A DNA stretch of 32,000 bases from Wolbachia endosymbiont of Dirofilaria (Dirofilaria) immitis (GTDB lineage Bacteria > Pseudomonadota > Alphaproteobacteria > Rickettsiales > Anaplasmataceae): positions 240,001 through 272,000 of the forward strand of contig NZ_CP046578.1 of NCBI RefSeq assembly GCF_013365455.1, in the 5' to 3' direction. Shown in pieces: positions 30,340 through 32,000 of this stretch. Numbering within the stretch: the first letter of the stretch is position 1; every line of letters begins with the position of its first letter. The position numbers and the translations under genes are program-made. The notes beneath the pieces were generated by a model. That model was not told where the DNA came from. It did no database searches and saw only the letters and a list, made by a program, of their open reading frames with translations.

Positions 30340-30764
30340 GGTATATTGAAATGTTTGTCCCTAAAAAGAGTAAATATAGAAAGGTATTTAAAGGGAGAAT
30401 TAAGGGTAGTACAAAAGCTGGTGGTACATTATCTTTTGGAGATTATGGTTTAAAAGCTATAGAGGCAGGTAGGATTCAGTCTAAGCATATTGAAGCTGTA
30501 AGGCGTGTAATATCTAGAACGTTGAAACGTTCTGGTAAAGTGTGGGTAAGGATTTTTCCTAATATTCCTGTTAGTAAAAAACCTGCTGATGTACGGATGG
30601 GTAAAGGAAAAGGTAGCGTTGAGTTTTGGGTATTTAAAATTAGGCCTGGTAGAGTGTTATTTGAAATTAGCGGTGGTGTTTCTATATATTTGGCAAAATT
30701 GGCATTTGAAAAAGCAGTTGCTAAGCTTCCTGTAAAATGTAAATTTGTATCTAATCATAGTTGA
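30336..30764 (+). CDS. rplP: 50S ribosomal protein L16
   Basis: [56 protein letters not shown]...[13 protein letters not shown]. Confidence 0.97.
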   Translation: MRYIEMFVPKKSKYRKVFKGRIKGSTKAGGTLSFGDYGLKAIEAGRIQSKHIEAVRRVISRTLKRSGKVWVRIFPNIPVSKKPADVRMGKGKGSVEFWVFKIRPGRVLFEISGGVSIYLAKLAFEKAVAKLPVKCKFVSNHS

Positions 30765-30775
30765 ATGGAGTTACT

Positions 30776-30979
30776 ATGGGTATAGTTGAGATTAGATCAA
30801 AATCATCGCAAGAGTTGTGTCAATTTCTTATAAGCTTGAGGAAAGAGTTTGTTAATTTAGCTTTTCAAAAGAAATTGGGGCAGTGTAACAATATTGCGCG
30901 TTTTAGTTTGATAAGGAAAAGCATAGCTCGTGTTTTGACTGTATTAAATGAAAGAAGAATAGAGGAAAAGAATGCCTAA
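30776..30979 (+). CDS. rpmC: 50S ribosomal protein L29 (ORF track uses TTG 30761; ATG 30776 preferred)
   Basis: MGIVEIRSKSSQELCQFLISLRKEFVNLAFQKKLGQCNNIARFSLIRKSIARVLTVLNE. Confidence 0.9.
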   Translation: MGIVEIRSKSSQELCQFLISLRKEFVNLAFQKKLGQCNNIARFSLIRKSIARVLTVLNERRIEEKNA

Positions 30980-31205
30980 GAAGATTTTGCGTGGTGTTGT
31001 AATTAAAGCTGAGTGTGATAAAACTGTAAAGGTTTTGGTGTTGCAGGTATATAAAGATAAGCTGTATAAAAAAGTTGTAAAAAAATACAGAAAATATACG
31101 GCACATAATGAAAGTAATAATTGTAAAACAGGGGATAGAGTTTTTATACAGGAACATAAACCTATTTCTACTACTAAAAAGTGGATTGTTATTCAAGTCT
31201 GGTAA
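30972..31205 (+). CDS. rpsQ: 30S ribosomal protein S17
   Basis: MPKKILRGVVIKAECDKTVKVLV...KYTAHNESNNCKTGDRVFIQEHKPISTTKKWIV. Confidence 0.93.
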   Translation: MPKKILRGVVIKAECDKTVKVLVLQVYKDKLYKKVVKKYRKYTAHNESNNCKTGDRVFIQEHKPISTTKKWIVIQVW

Positions 31206-31214
31206 AGTGTTTGT

Positions 31215-31574
31215 ATGATTCAGAAAAATACATTGTTAGAAGTGGCTGATAATTCTGGTGCACGTAAAGTGCTTTGCATTGGTTTATTAGGTGGCAAGAA
31301 ATCTGCATCTGTAGGTGATACAGTTATTGTATCTGCTAAGTCCATTAACCCAAAGGGAAAAGTTGAGAAGGGGAAAGTATACAGAGCGGTTGTTGTTAGG
31401 GTGAAAAGTTGTGTTAGAAAGTCTGATAATTCTGTAATTCGTTTTTCTAGTAATGCTGTAGTTTTAATTAGTAATCAAGGTGAGCCATTTGGTACTCGAG
31501 TATTTGGTCCAATAAAGAAGTTACCGTCTGGTTCTTTTATGAAAATAATGTCATTAGCTATTGAGGTTTTATGA
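31215..31574 (+). CDS. rplN: 50S ribosomal protein L14
   Basis: [27 protein letters not shown]...[42 protein letters not shown]. Confidence 0.97.
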   Translation: MIQKNTLLEVADNSGARKVLCIGLLGGKKSASVGDTVIVSAKSINPKGKVEKGKVYRAVVVRVKSCVRKSDNSVIRFSSNAVVLISNQGEPFGTRVFGPIKKLPSGSFMKIMSLAIEVL

Positions 31575-31891
31575 TGAGTGCGAAAATAAGGAGTGGTGAT
31601 GACGTTATAGTTTTAGCTGGCAGAGATAGAGGAAAAATTGGTAAGGTGATTAAAGTTTTAACATATGATACTAAGAAAAGGGCAATTGTCTCTGGGGTAA
31701 ATATATATAAAAAACATGTTAAGCCGAAATCTGGTAATAGTGGTGGTATATTGGATAAGGAGTTGGCTATTGATATATCTAACATTGCAGTGTTAGATCC
31801 TAAGTGTAAAGCTCCAACTAGAGTGGGATTTAAGGTTGTAGATGGTAAAAAAGTACGTTTTGCAAAAGTTTCTGGGGAAGTAATAGATTAA
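31571..31891 (+). CDS. rplX: 50S ribosomal protein L24
   Basis: [26 protein letters not shown]...[37 protein letters not shown]. Confidence 0.94.
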   Translation: MMSAKIRSGDDVIVLAGRDRGKIGKVIKVLTYDTKKRAIVSGVNIYKKHVKPKSGNSGGILDKELAIDISNIAVLDPKCKAPTRVGFKVVDGKKVRFAKVSGEVID

Positions 31892-31897
31892 GATGAT

Positions 31898-32000
31898 ATG
31901 TTCAAAGAATTATATAGAGATAGCATAATAAAATCCTTAAAGGATAAGTTTAACTATAGCAATGTAATGCAAGTACCCAGGCTTATTAAGGTATGTATTA
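31898..32000 (+). CDS. rplE: 50S ribosomal protein L5, partial (3' end outside window)
   Basis: ATG at 31898: MFKELYRDSIIKSLKDKFNYSNVMQVPRLIKVCI, directly after rplX in canonical order. Confidence 0.9.
   Translation, partial: MFKELYRDSIIKSLKDKFNYSNVMQVPRLIKVCI

Overview
This window looks like a Wolbachia-type (Anaplasmataceae, AT-rich alphaproteobacterial endosymbiont) chromosome segment. The assignment is inferred from protein character and gene order, with no database search. It contains a partial dksA, ccmB, rlmE, tolC, rplM-rpsI, an HU-family gene, pdxJ, a cluster of a beta-propeller gene, lpdA and a xerC/D-type recombinase, then trxB, a peroxiredoxin gene, dapE, an sn-glycerol-1-phosphate dehydrogenase-like gene, fdxA, a PAS-like gene, rpmI-rplT, fmt, carA, and tRNA-Tyr/tRNA-Gly/tuf followed by the S10 ribosomal operon (rpsJ to partial rplE). 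I found no convincing novel multi-gene system, CRISPR array, prophage or intact mobile element. The main non-routine signal is gene decay that the ORF track misses: (1) a degraded popZ-like (DUF2497) gene between tolC and rlmE; (2) rlmE coding sequence that extends past the called TTG start but has no standard start codon; (3) a frameshifted IHF-alpha gene followed by remnants of a MerR-family gene; (4) an unidentified decayed ORF at about 15.8-16.2 kb; and (5) a gene-poor stretch of about 3.9 kb with several unidentifiable fragments and a perfect 24-bp palindrome.
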